Shown piece after piece: positions 28,899-40,450 of a DNA stretch of 64,000 bases (position 1 is its first letter; the number at the start of each line of letters is the position of its first letter). The stretch spans positions 1-64,000 of the IMG/VR virus record IMGVR_UViG_3300026484_000087, one strand, 5' to 3'. Both the position numbers and the translations under genes were made by a program. The notes beneath the pieces are model-generated. The model was not told where the DNA came from. It saw nothing but the letters and a program-made list of their open reading frames with translations, and searched no databases.

Positions 28899-30249
28899 CT
28901 TTATCCTTTTCTATAAATACATTTAAAATAGTACTACGCATCTTAGAAGACACATTGCATAAAGTATAGTGGCTTTGTAAGACACCATTAACTCTAATAA
29001 CATTATTGTCATCTCCTAAATAAACGTATATAACCGACATCCCCGGCAATAAATACTTGGGATTTGAAAAGTTCCATTTTAATTGCAACATATCACCATT
29101 TAGTTTCATATAATCTGAACGCATATGATATAAATTATCTGTTGGTTCTTTAACTGTTCTATACATAGAACCATCTCTTTTATCCTTAAGATAATTCTCT
29201 ATATTAACGCTGTCTTTAGAATTTATAACCATTGGTTCTAAGACATCAACCGGTCTATGCATAACCTTATTAACATCTAAAACAACATAACCAACACCTT
29301 TATCTGTAAAATCAGTATCTCCTTTGTTTATCTTTTTAGAATCATCATTTGATATTATATGGATATCCTCATTCTCTATCAAATACGTATTCTCTACCTG
29401 AGAATACTTTATATTAGGAACCCCATAAATAACCAGTTTATGTTTAGCATTAGCAGATATATCAGGTTTATATAAAGGAAAAACCGATACACTCATAATG
29501 TTTTTACATGGACTACCATCCAAATCACATCTATTGAAATATGTACCCTTTCTATAACGTTCTATGAATAAGCCAACATGTCCATTGAATAAACCATAAT
29601 CCGTTTCCTGTAAGTACGTAGGTAGATCTATAAGTTTTGTACCATTTGGTATGATTATGTGCTCATACTCTCTGGTATTATCCTCATTCTTTAGAGTAAC
29701 ACTAAGTTTAATTGGTGCTCCATTTACCATAATATCTTTTGTTTCATTAATAAATAGACCTTTAACTAAATTACCAGGCTTAACATTTCTATATATACCA
29801 GATATACGTTTAAGTCTTATGGCCTCAACAGCCCTATCAATACATTGACCCCTGACAGTAATATATTCTTGCTCATTGAGTTCTTCCTTTGTTTGGTTTT
29901 TATATCTACCACTACCATAATTCTCATCTAAATTTAGAAAGAGTATCTTATAACGATTTAAATCTTTTCTACCATTGACAACTTCTATAAGACTTATTTC
30001 AACGTTATTCCTATATGGATAAACATGTTTTACCAAATCTCCCATAGGCAATAGAAAATCCACATAAATATAAGCACCTATGTTAGCATTATAATCTTTC
30101 ATAACTTCAACTGTGGTAATTTTATCAACAACAAGATCATCATCTTCAGTATGTAATATCATTTCATAAACTACTTCATTAGTATTATTGTCATTCTTCT
30201 TTACAATCCTATCAACTTCTTCACCTATAAGAGATCTTTCTATTTCCAT
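28885..30249 (-). CDS. Virion baseplate hub-like protein (phiKZ gp101-like)
   Basis: DNTREYEHIIIPNG...LQ...G motif and WNFSNPKYLLPGM; gene order. Confidence 0.55.
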   Translation of the reverse strand: MEIERSLIGEEVDRIVKKNDNNTNEVVYEMILHTEDDDLVVDKITTVEVMKDYNANIGAYIYVDFLLPMGDLVKHVYPYRNNVEISLIEVVNGRKDLNRYKILFLNLDENYGSGRYKNQTKEELNEQEYITVRGQCIDRAVEAIRLKRISGIYRNVKPGNLVKGLFINETKDIMVNGAPIKLSVTLKNEDNTREYEHIIIPNGTKLIDLPTYLQETDYGLFNGHVGLFIERYRKGTYFNRCDLDGSPCKNIMSVSVFPLYKPDISANAKHKLVIYGVPNIKYSQVENTYLIENEDIHIISNDDSKKINKGDTDFTDKGVGYVVLDVNKVMHRPVDVLEPMVINSKDSVNIENYLKDKRDGSMYRTVKEPTDNLYHMRSDYMKLNGDMLQLKWNFSNPKYLLPGMSVIYVYLGDDNNVIRVNGVLQSHYTLCNVSSKMRSTILNVFIEKDKDELI

Positions 30250-30262
30250 ACGCTATCCTTTT

Positions 30263-31336
30263 TTAAACACTGATCCTATTTATAAAGAAACTATAAACTT
30301 CAAATATTGCATTATACTCACTCTCAGCTATTTTTAAATTTTCAATTATTCTATTTATAAGCATTATTTCAAGATTCTTTATTTTTAAAGATAGAGTAAA
30401 TAAAACATCTATATACTTTAATTGTATATCCGATTCAAGAGCACCGCTAACTAGGGCTTGACTATCTTCTATGCTAGAATACAATGACCTAACCGTACTA
30501 AGAACATCTATTGTTTTATAGTCGTTAAGCAATCCTATAGCCGCTTCCATATTTTCATCGGTATTATTAAGAAGTTTACGCATTAATTTAATAGTACCTA
30601 TATCATCATCAATATTAACTTCTAAAATACTATCTATCAAATCTATTTTATTAATAGACTCTATAAGTTCCTTCTCTTTTGCACCATAATACTGATTTAC
30701 ATTATTTATAATAATATCTATAACAGATGGATCTTTTTTAAATACTTCAGACATCTTAGAAACTGCTTCACTAAACGAATTAGGTATGCTAAGAACACTT
30801 CTTATAGCAGTAGGATCGCTCTTTGCAACCATAATAGTATTTAAATGTTCTTTTACAGCTTTATCTATATCATTTTGTTCAATAGTGTCATCGACGTTAT
30901 TTTTAACCATTAAGTTAATTATAAATGACTTAAGTTTACCTTTAGCTCTCTCTATAAGAACTGGATCTGTTTCTATTTTAGTTAACTTAGCATCAAGAGT
31001 ATCATCATTGGATAATTCAACCATGAACGATTTAATATTGTCAGCTATTTTAGAATCATTATCTTCTATAACTTTAACTACATCCAATAAATATTTTTTA
31101 GCAGATTCTTTAAATATCTCACCTATTACCTTAATTGCATCATCTTTAAGCCTATCATTTTTCAAAACGTTTTGATGTTTCTTAATCTCTGATAAATCAT
31201 AATAACTCTTTACATCTTCAGATAGAATACCATTTAATACTAAATCTATAGTATTTATTGCATCATTATTAAATAATGATAATATAACTACTGGATTATT
31301 CTCTGCAACATTATTGTTCTTTAATTGCTCTAACAT
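30263..31336 (-). CDS. Hypothetical helical protein
   Basis: 357-aa ORF in the structural operon. Confidence 0.65.
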   Translation of the reverse strand: MLEQLKNNNVAENNPVVILSLFNNDAINTIDLVLNGILSEDVKSYYDLSEIKKHQNVLKNDRLKDDAIKVIGEIFKESAKKYLLDVVKVIEDNDSKIADNIKSFMVELSNDDTLDAKLTKIETDPVLIERAKGKLKSFIINLMVKNNVDDTIEQNDIDKAVKEHLNTIMVAKSDPTAIRSVLSIPNSFSEAVSKMSEVFKKDPSVIDIIINNVNQYYGAKEKELIESINKIDLIDSILEVNIDDDIGTIKLMRKLLNNTDENMEAAIGLLNDYKTIDVLSTVRSLYSSIEDSQALVSGALESDIQLKYIDVLFTLSLKIKNLEIMLINRIIENLKIAESEYNAIFEVYSFFINRISV

Positions 31337-31349
31337 ATCTTTCCTTTTT

Positions 31350-31925
31350 TTACATTAATAGACTGTTTAGGTCATATTTAGATTCTCTGATTTTTTTAGG
31401 AGCTATACTTTGTCTCTCTATTTCATCATACTCTATTTCTGGTTCAGTTTTATTAACAACTATTTCAGACATCATTAGACTTCTAAAATCATTACTAAAC
31501 GATTTAGGTTTACTTATATCTTTTTGAATTATAGTTCTTTTGTTTATATTAAATATCTCATTTGCAAACTTATCCATTAAAATAAGATCATCTCTTGGCA
31601 ATGAAGCCTGATTGAGTGATTTAACACCATAGTCCCTCCATGCAATAAGATGTTTCTGTATAACATCATATATCTGCTCTACATCACTTTGCTTAGCAAC
31701 AGATACGGCAAAACCCTTATTGAACTTCTCTATCATATCGACTATTGTAATCTTAACAAGTACCTTTTCATTAAAACTATTATGTCTCTCATCATCTATA
31801 ATGTTTAATGGTACTCCTACAATATCTAACTCATCCTCGCTATATGTAGATATAATAGGAACATAAGCATCATATAGTTTATTAAATATAACATCTGCCC
31901 AATTATCATATATGCCAAATATCAT
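31350..31925 (-). CDS. Conserved protein (phiKZ gp100-like)
   Basis: IYDVIQKHLIAW...PRDDLILMDKFA; gene order. Confidence 0.5.
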   Translation of the reverse strand: MIFGIYDNWADVIFNKLYDAYVPIISTYSEDELDIVGVPLNIIDDERHNSFNEKVLVKITIVDMIEKFNKGFAVSVAKQSDVEQIYDVIQKHLIAWRDYGVKSLNQASLPRDDLILMDKFANEIFNINKRTIIQKDISKPKSFSNDFRSLMMSEIVVNKTEPEIEYDEIERQSIAPKKIRESKYDLNSLLM

Positions 31926-31940
31926 TTAGACTCCTATTTA

Positions 31941-33302
31941 TTAATTAACACTGAAAGATCTATTTACTGCATCTCTTAAAAGAATTATAAGAATTGGTAT
32001 ATAATAAAATTGTTCAACTTTATCCCAATATTTATAATCATCTATTAGACTTATAAGTAATCTAGTATCTATAACTTCGTTAAGTAAATACATTCTTACA
32101 AGACCTTCTATTAGTGACATGTTCTCAGCATCATCATTATAAAAAGCTTCTGTAAAAATATAATACTCATTATCAACACTAAACTTAGGAATAAGATTAT
32201 CATTTATATTAGCATCACCTCCATATTTATTTGGACAAGACTGTAAACTGTATGTAGGACCACCTTTTAAAGCACTCTGGGGGTCCTTATAATCAATATC
32301 TATATCACTAGGATAGATTATATACCCAATACCCAAATAAACGATAGTACGAAGATGTGGGTTATGACTAAAACTGCCTGCACTAACAGTACTAAACTTT
32401 TTATTGCATGTTTTTAAGATATTAACATCACGATTAAGTATAGCGTCTAAAACCGTTGGTTGTTTTATGTACTCGTCATTAACAGACAATCTAGTTATCC
32501 TATTAATTATATCAGAATCATTTGTATTTGTTATTTTGAAAATAAACTCCTGCATCATTAGGTCTACAACAACAAACTCTTGACCAGGAATAGCCAAAAC
32601 TGATCTTTCGGAATTAAACATATTTTTAAGATAATAATCTTTCATCTCTTCTAATTCTGAATTTATCTGTCTTTTTCTTCTATATTTTTCTTCTAATAAT
32701 AATGGGGTACCATTTGATTTTATAAATTCTCTATCGTAATAAAATGTTTTTATAACTTTATCATTAAGAGAATCTAATACGGTTTTATTAGAATCTATAA
32801 ACATATCAACTTTGTATTCTACTAAGTATACGTTATTTAGATTATAGCTTTTCTTATTTACACTCTCAACTCTAAGTATCGCTTTACGTTTACCCATAAG
32901 AGTAGCTACAAAAACATCTCCTTGATTTGGAACAACTCCAGCATTAATTATAGCACCACCAGAAAGATTACTGGCAGTATCTTGAGTTAATGGACTATCT
33001 ACAAATAATACTAATTGTTTTAATAACGTATATTGTACAGCAGTATCTGGTAGGTTAGGATCAAATCTTTCTATCTCATCATTTTTGGTAATAACCTGTA
33101 AATAATAATCTACTACCCACTCTTCACCTTCAATATAATTTATTATGTTGTCAAGCTGTTTGTCAGTATTAACTATCTCTATATATTCTTCTTCAGATTT
33201 AAGTTCTATAACTTCATTCTGAACAACACTACCAATTTTATTAATAATACAAGGTTCTATTTTATCTTCTTCCTCGTAACTGTCCATAGAAACTATAGCC
33301 AT
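31941..33302 (-). CDS. Virion structural protein (phiKZ gp99-like)
   Basis: IEGEEWVVDYY.Q, PNQGDVF and QFYYIPIL motifs. Confidence 0.6.
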   Translation of the reverse strand: MAIVSMDSYEEEDKIEPCIINKIGSVVQNEVIELKSEEEYIEIVNTDKQLDNIINYIEGEEWVVDYYLQVITKNDEIERFDPNLPDTAVQYTLLKQLVLFVDSPLTQDTASNLSGGAIINAGVVPNQGDVFVATLMGKRKAILRVESVNKKSYNLNNVYLVEYKVDMFIDSNKTVLDSLNDKVIKTFYYDREFIKSNGTPLLLEEKYRRKRQINSELEEMKDYYLKNMFNSERSVLAIPGQEFVVVDLMMQEFIFKITNTNDSDIINRITRLSVNDEYIKQPTVLDAILNRDVNILKTCNKKFSTVSAGSFSHNPHLRTIVYLGIGYIIYPSDIDIDYKDPQSALKGGPTYSLQSCPNKYGGDANINDNLIPKFSVDNEYYIFTEAFYNDDAENMSLIEGLVRMYLLNEVIDTRLLISLIDDYKYWDKVEQFYYIPILIILLRDAVNRSFSVN

Positions 33303-33313
33303 ATTATCTCCTT

Positions 33314-34825
33314 CTATTCTTCTTCCGTTATGAATGCAGCATTCATAACTGTATATCTAACTAAAGATGTTGGTTTATTATAAATCATAATCTTAGAATC
33401 TCTATCCAGCATATTAACATCGTTTGTATCTATTTCTAATGCTTCTAATGTTTTATTAAACACTATCTTATTAGATAAGGTTCTACTAACAGCATTAGGT
33501 TTAGCATATAGCATATCAGTAAGTAAACTAAAAACTACTCTATATGTTCTTTTAATATCTAAATCTTCTCTGGATGATATATTAAGATCACTATCTACAT
33601 ATAAAGAATTATTCTCCCTTATATTCTTATCGTCAATAAGTTCTAAAAGAAAAATACTATTATAAACATCGGTCATATACCTATACTCTGTTTCCTTTAT
33701 AAAATTTAAGAATACATCGTTTATCCTATAACCAGGTATCTCTGAAAGATTAAACAGATTTTTCTTATCTTCTAACGTTATAGATACTAATACAGAAAAT
33801 ATAGGTATATAGTTGGGATGTGGCAATGGATGTCTAAAATGATCAAAGTTGGGAATATTAACAATACTTTCTTCATAATTTACAACTTTACTCATACTAT
33901 GTTCTAACCTATTATTATTTAAAAATGGTCCATTACTAAAATTAGTATTAGTTGTTGGTTTAGTTCTTTCATTTTCTAATACAGTTGTCTTATTGTCTCT
34001 AAGCATTAAATACTTCTTTGGTATAAGTTGGTTATATATAAGTGGTGGATATAAAACATATAACGCCACTGGTTTATTATATGTTAAATAATACGTTAAC
34101 TGTGCTTCATACATACCGCTATCATCACCATATTCACCTTTAACAGATATAACATCACTTTTAAAATAACCATTAACCATTAATTGTGTTTCACTTACTC
34201 CTATATCCATTGTTTTAGTATTACCATTTAAACCACCAACAACTGTTAGCCTGCCATCACTTTTCTCTATCAGGTAATCCTCAAAGTTCTTATTTGTTGG
34301 AAACACTTTATTTTTAAGTATGCTTATATCTAAAAATAACTCTATAAGTTCTGGTCTAACATAGAACATATATTTAATATCATGTAATGTCATACCGTCA
34401 TTGTCTGCTATATTTAATTTAAGTGCATTTAAAAAATTGTTTACTGTTGTTTTAGATCTAGATCTGTATCGTATATTAAATGTTAATGTAGTATCTACAT
34501 ATATCGGTCTAATAAATGCTTCTACATCATCGTCGTACAAGATTGGTTTATAATCAGTATATTGCAATGGTGTGGTTATGAAGTTATCTTCATTTATTTC
34601 TTCTTCTACACTAAATTTAATTTCCTCTAATCTTGGACTATTATCCTCAAGATTTATTGGTGCAGTGTTTTCATTTGTTATATAACTATCTATTTGGTTC
34701 GCTAATTTAGTACGAACATCCTCATTGATGAATAATAACTCTTTAATATCATTAAGCACTCCTATAGATACTGGTCTAGTTATAGTTCTATCGGTACCAT
34801 CAATTGGCAATCTAAACTTAATCAT
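33314..34825 (-). CDS. Virion structural protein (phiKZ gp98-like)
   Basis: TITRPV and YNKP...YPPLIYNQ motifs; gene order. Confidence 0.55.
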   Translation of the reverse strand: MIKFRLPIDGTDRTITRPVSIGVLNDIKELLFINEDVRTKLANQIDSYITNENTAPINLEDNSPRLEEIKFSVEEEINEDNFITTPLQYTDYKPILYDDDVEAFIRPIYVDTTLTFNIRYRSRSKTTVNNFLNALKLNIADNDGMTLHDIKYMFYVRPELIELFLDISILKNKVFPTNKNFEDYLIEKSDGRLTVVGGLNGNTKTMDIGVSETQLMVNGYFKSDVISVKGEYGDDSGMYEAQLTYYLTYNKPVALYVLYPPLIYNQLIPKKYLMLRDNKTTVLENERTKPTTNTNFSNGPFLNNNRLEHSMSKVVNYEESIVNIPNFDHFRHPLPHPNYIPIFSVLVSITLEDKKNLFNLSEIPGYRINDVFLNFIKETEYRYMTDVYNSIFLLELIDDKNIRENNSLYVDSDLNISSREDLDIKRTYRVVFSLLTDMLYAKPNAVSRTLSNKIVFNKTLEALEIDTNDVNMLDRDSKIMIYNKPTSLVRYTVMNAAFITEEE

Positions 34826-34893
34826 AGATTCTCCTTTTTTTTTTAATAAGTGAATATGTTAGATGTGACTATGTCACAATCTAACATACTATG

Positions 34894-35340
34894 TTAATAT
34901 CTAACGTCTCTAAGTAATTTAAATAACATTAAAATACCAGTTATGTCTAGTTTCTTTAATAATATAACAAACTCTGTTTCTTTGTTACGCTTACTAAGAA
35001 TTAATATTTGTTCTTTCTTTCCTACATTAGAACCATATTTACTATCGCTATCAAGTAGACCATCATATTTAGAAAAGTCTATCCTATCTTTTGTTTCCAT
35101 AAGATTTTTTATATCGTTAAAAAACTGGTAGCATATAGTAGACATAGCATACTTGGTTTCGGTTTTAACCAGATCTCTAAGAGTCTTTAAATCATCACCA
35201 TGTCTTAAACTATATTCATATATAGCAAAAAGATTTAAATGATATTGTGCAGGATCTTTTTTCCACTCTCCAGATAAATAAAGGTTCTTCATATCCTCTA
35301 TATCTTTCTTCGTTATATTTCTTTTCTCTAAAATTATCAT
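34894..35340 (-). CDS. Hypothetical protein
   Basis: ORF bounded by hairpins. Confidence 0.6.
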   Translation of the reverse strand: MIILEKRNITKKDIEDMKNLYLSGEWKKDPAQYHLNLFAIYEYSLRHGDDLKTLRDLVKTETKYAMSTICYQFFNDIKNLMETKDRIDFSKYDGLLDSDSKYGSNVGKKEQILILSKRNKETEFVILLKKLDITGILMLFKLLRDVRY

Positions 35341-35394
35341 GTGATTAACCTTTATATATTTTCATCATATAAATGTTTTAACGGCAAATAAGAC

Positions 35395-35426
35395 GAAGAG
35401 CATTGGATTATAATCCAATGCTCTTC
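35395..35426 (-). terminator. Perfect 32-bp palindrome after the internal head protein gene
   Basis: GAAGAGCATTGGATTA|TAATCCAATGCTCTTC. Confidence 0.7.
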
Positions 35427-35449
35427 AATTTGCATTAAGCAGCTTTTGC

Positions 35450-36760
35450 TTATTTATCGCTTTTTGATTTATATTTAGACATAGATACATCAGCAAGATA
35501 TGCAGCATTTTTCATTACAGCAACATAACCTAAAAGAGAATCTGAACCATATTTAAGAACGTTTGTACTTAGAGCACCAACCATAGTTTTATATGTGTTT
35601 TCGATTGTTTTTTCATCAGCTTCTTTATCTTTATCAGAACCTTGTGCATCAATTTTAAGATCTTTAACAGCTTTATCAGTTTCATCAAGTACAGAATCTA
35701 CTTTCTTAACGAAATCTTTAGCATCTTTACCAAGAACTTCACCAGCATCAATAATAGCTTTAATTGCAGAAGTATCAGGAATTTTTACATCTTTACTATA
35801 TTTTTTAAGTAAATCTTTTTTAGCAGCACCAGTCATATAGTTACAAGTAATCTTAACCATTTTACCTGTTCTAAGAGCAACTTCTTCAGCTTTGAAAGTT
35901 ACAGCTTTATATGTAGTACCATCACTTCTAGAAACAACTGCAGCAGTATCATCAGAAGCAATTGAAGATGGAATACCATCGTAGTGTTTACTTAAGTTAG
36001 TTAGTTCACTTTTAGCAGCTTTTGCAGTTTTAGCAACAGCACTTACACCTTTATCTGTACTAACATAATCTTTAACAGTAGGAACAACATCTCTACTACC
36101 AGCAGCTTGAATACCATCAACAACTTTACCTAAACCACCACCGTCAAGTGCCATAGCTCTAAAGAATTTACCAGCAATTTTCTTAGATTCTTTTTCAGAG
36201 AAAGTATCTTTAACACCATCTTTTTTATCAGAACTAAGACCATCTAGTTTTTCACCAAGTTTTTTGAATTTTTTCTCATAGTCAGTAACCATAAGCATGA
36301 TTTTTCCACCAAGTTTTTTGATACTTGACCATACTTTAGAGAAGAACTGTTTGATTTTATCAATGATCTTTTTAAAAGTTTCTTTTGCATCTTCTACAGA
36401 TACTTTAAGAGCAGTTTGTGGAGATTGCTCAATTGACTCAGCAGAGATTTTAACTTGTTCTGGATCCATACCAAGCATAACAGCATTAGCTTGTAAGTTC
36501 GCAGCAGCTAATTGTGCAATACCAGCAGTAACATTACCTGAAGCAAGAACAGCTTCTTCTACAGCAACTTGTGTTTGGATATTTCCAGCAACTTCTAAAG
36601 CAGCATCCATCATTTGGATATCTTGTGCAATACCTTCTGCTTCTACAGCAACTTCTTCAGCGTTTTCTTCCATTGCAATAACAGTTTCTACTGTTAAAGG
36701 TTCATTTGCAGCGATTGCCGCTTCTTCTAAGCTAATAGCTCCGAATAATTTATTTTGCAT
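35450..36760 (-). CDS. Internal head/ejection protein with cleavable propeptide (phiKZ gp93-family-like)
   Basis: Acidic N-terminus with ISLE, IAME, ISAE and VSVE (S/A-x-E protease sites), then amphipathic KKIIDKIKQFFSKVWSSIKK. Confidence 0.7.
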   Translation of the reverse strand: MQNKLFGAISLEEAAIAANEPLTVETVIAMEENAEEVAVEAEGIAQDIQMMDAALEVAGNIQTQVAVEEAVLASGNVTAGIAQLAAANLQANAVMLGMDPEQVKISAESIEQSPQTALKVSVEDAKETFKKIIDKIKQFFSKVWSSIKKLGGKIMLMVTDYEKKFKKLGEKLDGLSSDKKDGVKDTFSEKESKKIAGKFFRAMALDGGGLGKVVDGIQAAGSRDVVPTVKDYVSTDKGVSAVAKTAKAAKSELTNLSKHYDGIPSSIASDDTAAVVSRSDGTTYKAVTFKAEEVALRTGKMVKITCNYMTGAAKKDLLKKYSKDVKIPDTSAIKAIIDAGEVLGKDAKDFVKKVDSVLDETDKAVKDLKIDAQGSDKDKEADEKTIENTYKTMVGALSTNVLKYGSDSLLGYVAVMKNAAYLADVSMSKYKSKSDK

Positions 36761-36914
36761 AACAATTCCTTATGTTTTTTAATTTTTGTTCTGTTCATAA
36801 TATAAACAGTAATAGGATTTTTATCCCAACGTGTATACCCAATGCATTAGATACGTTCAGTAATATAAAAAAATAAATATATATTACATCATAATAAAAG
36901 AGAATTATAAAAAA

Positions 36915-37796
36915 TTAATTCTCTTCCACCTTACGCATCTTATACTCAACGTTACTTAACTTGTCTTCATAGTACTGAATACTCTTTTCTAGTTTAGCAT
37001 TATTTTCACCAGCCGATCTAGATTTTAGATCCATGATTTTCAATTCTAATAAACGTTTCTTTTCTTTAAGAACCTCATATCTATTCATCTGTCTATCAAC
37101 TAACCACATCTTAACATGGTAAATTGGATTACCAATAAATCCAGAAATCTTCATAGTTAGACCACTTGGGTTAATAACAGATAATGTACCATTATCTTTA
37201 CCATCAGCTATAACTCTATCATTAGACAATTTACTAACAGTTTTAGATATGTTTTTAGTATTAGCAAAGAACTTAAGTATATTAGCATATTTAACCATAT
37301 TAACTCTGATCTCTTGTACCTTTGGTTTAACCATATCATTACTAACATGATTAATCTTCACATCCGAAAGAGTAACCAAGTACATTAAAAGATCTAGAGT
37401 ATAAAGTGCAACACTATTATAGTTATTAACTATATTTAATATAGTAGCTTGTTTAACTGTAATAATATCTCTACTAATTAACTCTGGCAACTCTTTTTCA
37501 ATAAGACCTGTTACATCATTAGATTCTTTCTCCATAATTGTAAGTATTTTAGTAATACCTGCAACTAAACCTTTTAAATCTTTTGCTTTTATTTCAGATG
37601 CTTTATTAAACATTCCGAACTCTGGAAGATCTGTTATCTTGATATTATCAAGTTTTATAAGATCATTCATAGATTTAAGACCGGGCATAACCTCATTGTT
37701 TATAGCAAGTAACGTGTTATTAAATTGTTCATGCACATCACCTTGCTTAACAGTATGATTAAGGCCTAGAATCAATTCTCTAAGTGCTTCATTCAT
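36915..37796 (-). CDS. Head/inner-body protein (phiKZ gp90-like)
   Basis: GFIGNPIYHV...RYE...LLELK...LEKSIQYYE motif. Confidence 0.65.
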   Translation of the reverse strand: MNEALRELILGLNHTVKQGDVHEQFNNTLLAINNEVMPGLKSMNDLIKLDNIKITDLPEFGMFNKASEIKAKDLKGLVAGITKILTIMEKESNDVTGLIEKELPELISRDIITVKQATILNIVNNYNSVALYTLDLLMYLVTLSDVKINHVSNDMVKPKVQEIRVNMVKYANILKFFANTKNISKTVSKLSNDRVIADGKDNGTLSVINPSGLTMKISGFIGNPIYHVKMWLVDRQMNRYEVLKEKKRLLELKIMDLKSRSAGENNAKLEKSIQYYEDKLSNVEYKMRKVEEN

Positions 37797-37808
37797 TTTT
37801 ATACTCTC

Positions 37809-39032
37809 CTAACTTTTTTTAAGTTCTTTAATATAAATAGATGCTAATCCATCTACCATATTAGGTATTTCAGCATATGTTTTACTAAGAACTAGTAAAA
37901 TCTCAGGCAAGGTTGCATAAATATTACCATTTTCCCAACCTGTATTATCATCTATTTTTTTAATAGTCTCTGAACCTATCTTAAGCATGTCATGAATATC
38001 ATTAACTACCTTTTTCTGGTTTTGAGTTACTTTAATACCAGCATCTATTAATTTAATTAGATCAGAATATTTTGGCGTATCAAATGTCTTAGGAGTACCA
38101 TATGCATCAAATGGAGGTAATGAAGATGCCACTATACTATAATTCCATGGAAATATTGATGCTGTTAAGTGCAATGGTTTACATCTTTCTAGAATAAAAA
38201 CATTATTATAAGTGGCACCTATAACCATTCTATCATCTTTAGTACTTTTACAAAAGAAATTCTTTATCTTTTTACCTAAGTTTCTTTCTACAGCTCTCAT
38301 CGCTTCTGTACCAGAGTAAATAGGTTTAAGTTTACCATCATCTCTAATCATACTTATAATAGATTCACACATATCTTTAACAAATGTAGGTTTACCATAA
38401 GCATTTATCATTTGATTTATACCGTCAACTGGATCCTTCATTTTACCCATCCCTACAGCACCAAGCATGGCCATACCATTCCATCCCCAGAATGTATCAT
38501 CAGCAATAGTAGCGTCTTCTATCCTTTTACCACTTTTAGTAAGGGTCTCTAACTCATTTTTTCTCTTAACTAGATTTGTACCTAAAGATGAAAGCAGTGT
38601 ATCAAACTTACCAATATATTTTAAAATAATATTATTATATCTGGCAAATGTTTTAGCTATGCCGTTTATAATTGATGTCAATATATTCTTTCCTTCCTCT
38701 ATACTTACCTTAAGAGCTTCATCAACGTTATTAAAATCCTCAGTAGATAAGTTTTCAATACATTCTAACCCAACAGAGTTAAGTGCTGTATTTATAGCTA
38801 AATGTAAATTTGCTAAATCTCTTTCATTAGCATTGCCGGATTCCAATGCCAAACTAGCATGTTCTAAAGCTTGGTTTAGAATCATTGCTGTATCTTTAGA
38901 ATCATTAATTATGAAATAAATTTCTTTTAATTCAGCCTCTAAAGATATTTGATCTAAAGAAGACATTAATAATTCTTCGTTACTTAATACCAGCGTATCA
39001 CTGGCTTCGCTATTAAACATTTTTTTCATCAT
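37809..39032 (-). CDS. Internal head protein paralogue with propeptide
   Basis: LSNE, ISLE, LALE, LSTE and ALKVSIE sites. Confidence 0.6.
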   Translation of the reverse strand: MMKKMFNSEASDTLVLSNEELLMSSLDQISLEAELKEIYFIINDSKDTAMILNQALEHASLALESGNANERDLANLHLAINTALNSVGLECIENLSTEDFNNVDEALKVSIEEGKNILTSIINGIAKTFARYNNIILKYIGKFDTLLSSLGTNLVKRKNELETLTKSGKRIEDATIADDTFWGWNGMAMLGAVGMGKMKDPVDGINQMINAYGKPTFVKDMCESIISMIRDDGKLKPIYSGTEAMRAVERNLGKKIKNFFCKSTKDDRMVIGATYNNVFILERCKPLHLTASIFPWNYSIVASSLPPFDAYGTPKTFDTPKYSDLIKLIDAGIKVTQNQKKVVNDIHDMLKIGSETIKKIDDNTGWENGNIYATLPEILLVLSKTYAEIPNMVDGLASIYIKELKKS

Positions 39033-39045
39033 ACACTCCTATGTT

Positions 39046-40320
39046 TTAAAATACTGGTGGTTTATTGCTACTAATAGCTTTAAATACTTCTGCCAGTTCA
39101 TTAGAATTACCATCGCCCTTTCTTTTCTTAATAACTTTAAAAGAAAGATCAGACGTACCTCTTAAATCTTTAGTATAAACAGTAACACGTTCCCAGTCAG
39201 TATCTACCACGTTTATCAGTAATGACTTAGTTTGTTCTGCTAACATCTCTTTATATCTAGGCTTATCGATTTTACCACCTAGTTTATTTTCAATAATAGC
39301 AAGTTGTCTTTTGTTAATGATTAATATACTGTAATACTTACCAAAACCAATGGCACCTTTAGTAAGAAGCTTTTTATTGGCAGTCGTAGCTCTAGATTCC
39401 ATATAACCTATAAGATCATCTTTATCTTTAAACTTATTATTTTTATATTCTTTAATAAGATCATCAGCAAAGATTAAATCACCTAAAGAAATCATACCTG
39501 CACGATACTCATCTAATCTAGAACTAAATTTCTTATCTCTACCATTTGTATCTACCATAGTTTCAATATTAGAAAAGTCACTGTAGATGACCGTAGCCTT
39601 GATAAGAACTGGAACGATAATATCCCTGGTGAACTTTTTACCAGATTTTTTATCTTCAGAATTTACAGTAAAAGTTATATCTATAGATTTTTGCATAAGA
39701 GTTGGAACTATAACACCTTTACCTTCATTTATTCTAGCAGATGGACTAACTAATTTCATCTCTTTATTTTCTTTTGGGGTCTTTTCTAATTTATTCAATC
39801 TACCGTTTACTTTGTTCATAAAGTTTTTTGCTTGTTGATATTTATTATTAGCGTTTTTATTAACCGGTCTTCTTCTATTACCTCTTTGCTCTAGACTAAT
39901 AGGTAAGAAATCATTATCTTCGAAAGAAATCATGTCCATTTCTTCAAAAGCACTTTTACCACCATTAGCTCTAATAGGCAAACCACCTTTACTAGACAAT
40001 ACATCAAATGCTGTATGTTGACTCATGCCATACACGTTAGTCATTACATTAAATGCTTGAATATAAAAACTTGCAAATATATCTAAATTTATCTCTGCTA
40101 GTTTTTCTGTAACCTCTTCTTCTCTAAGGTCTCTTGAAATTACAATTGTCGGCTCTATAATAAATGTAGAAAGTAATTTAATCATAGAACCTTTAGTACT
40201 ATAAAGCATTGCCTCATTTCTACTTATATCTATATCACCACTACCAGCCTGTTCCACTTTATCTAGCACCTTATTAAAACTTAATAGCGTCTGCTTAAGA
40301 GACATGTATGTTCCTAACAT
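39046..40320 (-). CDS. Head/inner-body protein (phiKZ gp89-like)
   Basis: IEPTIVIS, FYIQA and RAGMISLGDLIFADDLI motifs; internal ISFE and ISLE sites. Confidence 0.6.
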   Translation of the reverse strand: MLGTYMSLKQTLLSFNKVLDKVEQAGSGDIDISRNEAMLYSTKGSMIKLLSTFIIEPTIVISRDLREEEVTEKLAEINLDIFASFYIQAFNVMTNVYGMSQHTAFDVLSSKGGLPIRANGGKSAFEEMDMISFEDNDFLPISLEQRGNRRRPVNKNANNKYQQAKNFMNKVNGRLNKLEKTPKENKEMKLVSPSARINEGKGVIVPTLMQKSIDITFTVNSEDKKSGKKFTRDIIVPVLIKATVIYSDFSNIETMVDTNGRDKKFSSRLDEYRAGMISLGDLIFADDLIKEYKNNKFKDKDDLIGYMESRATTANKKLLTKGAIGFGKYYSILIINKRQLAIIENKLGGKIDKPRYKEMLAEQTKSLLINVVDTDWERVTVYTKDLRGTSDLSFKVIKKRKGDGNSNELAEVFKAISSNKPPVF

Positions 40321-40450
40321 GTTTAATCCTTTTTTTCAATTTTTTACGTATTAAAAGATAAAAAAATCTTTATATCAATCAATTTAATGTTACAATTATT
40401 AGAGAATCCATTTTCATGATTAATAAATATATTATATAAAGGATAAAATA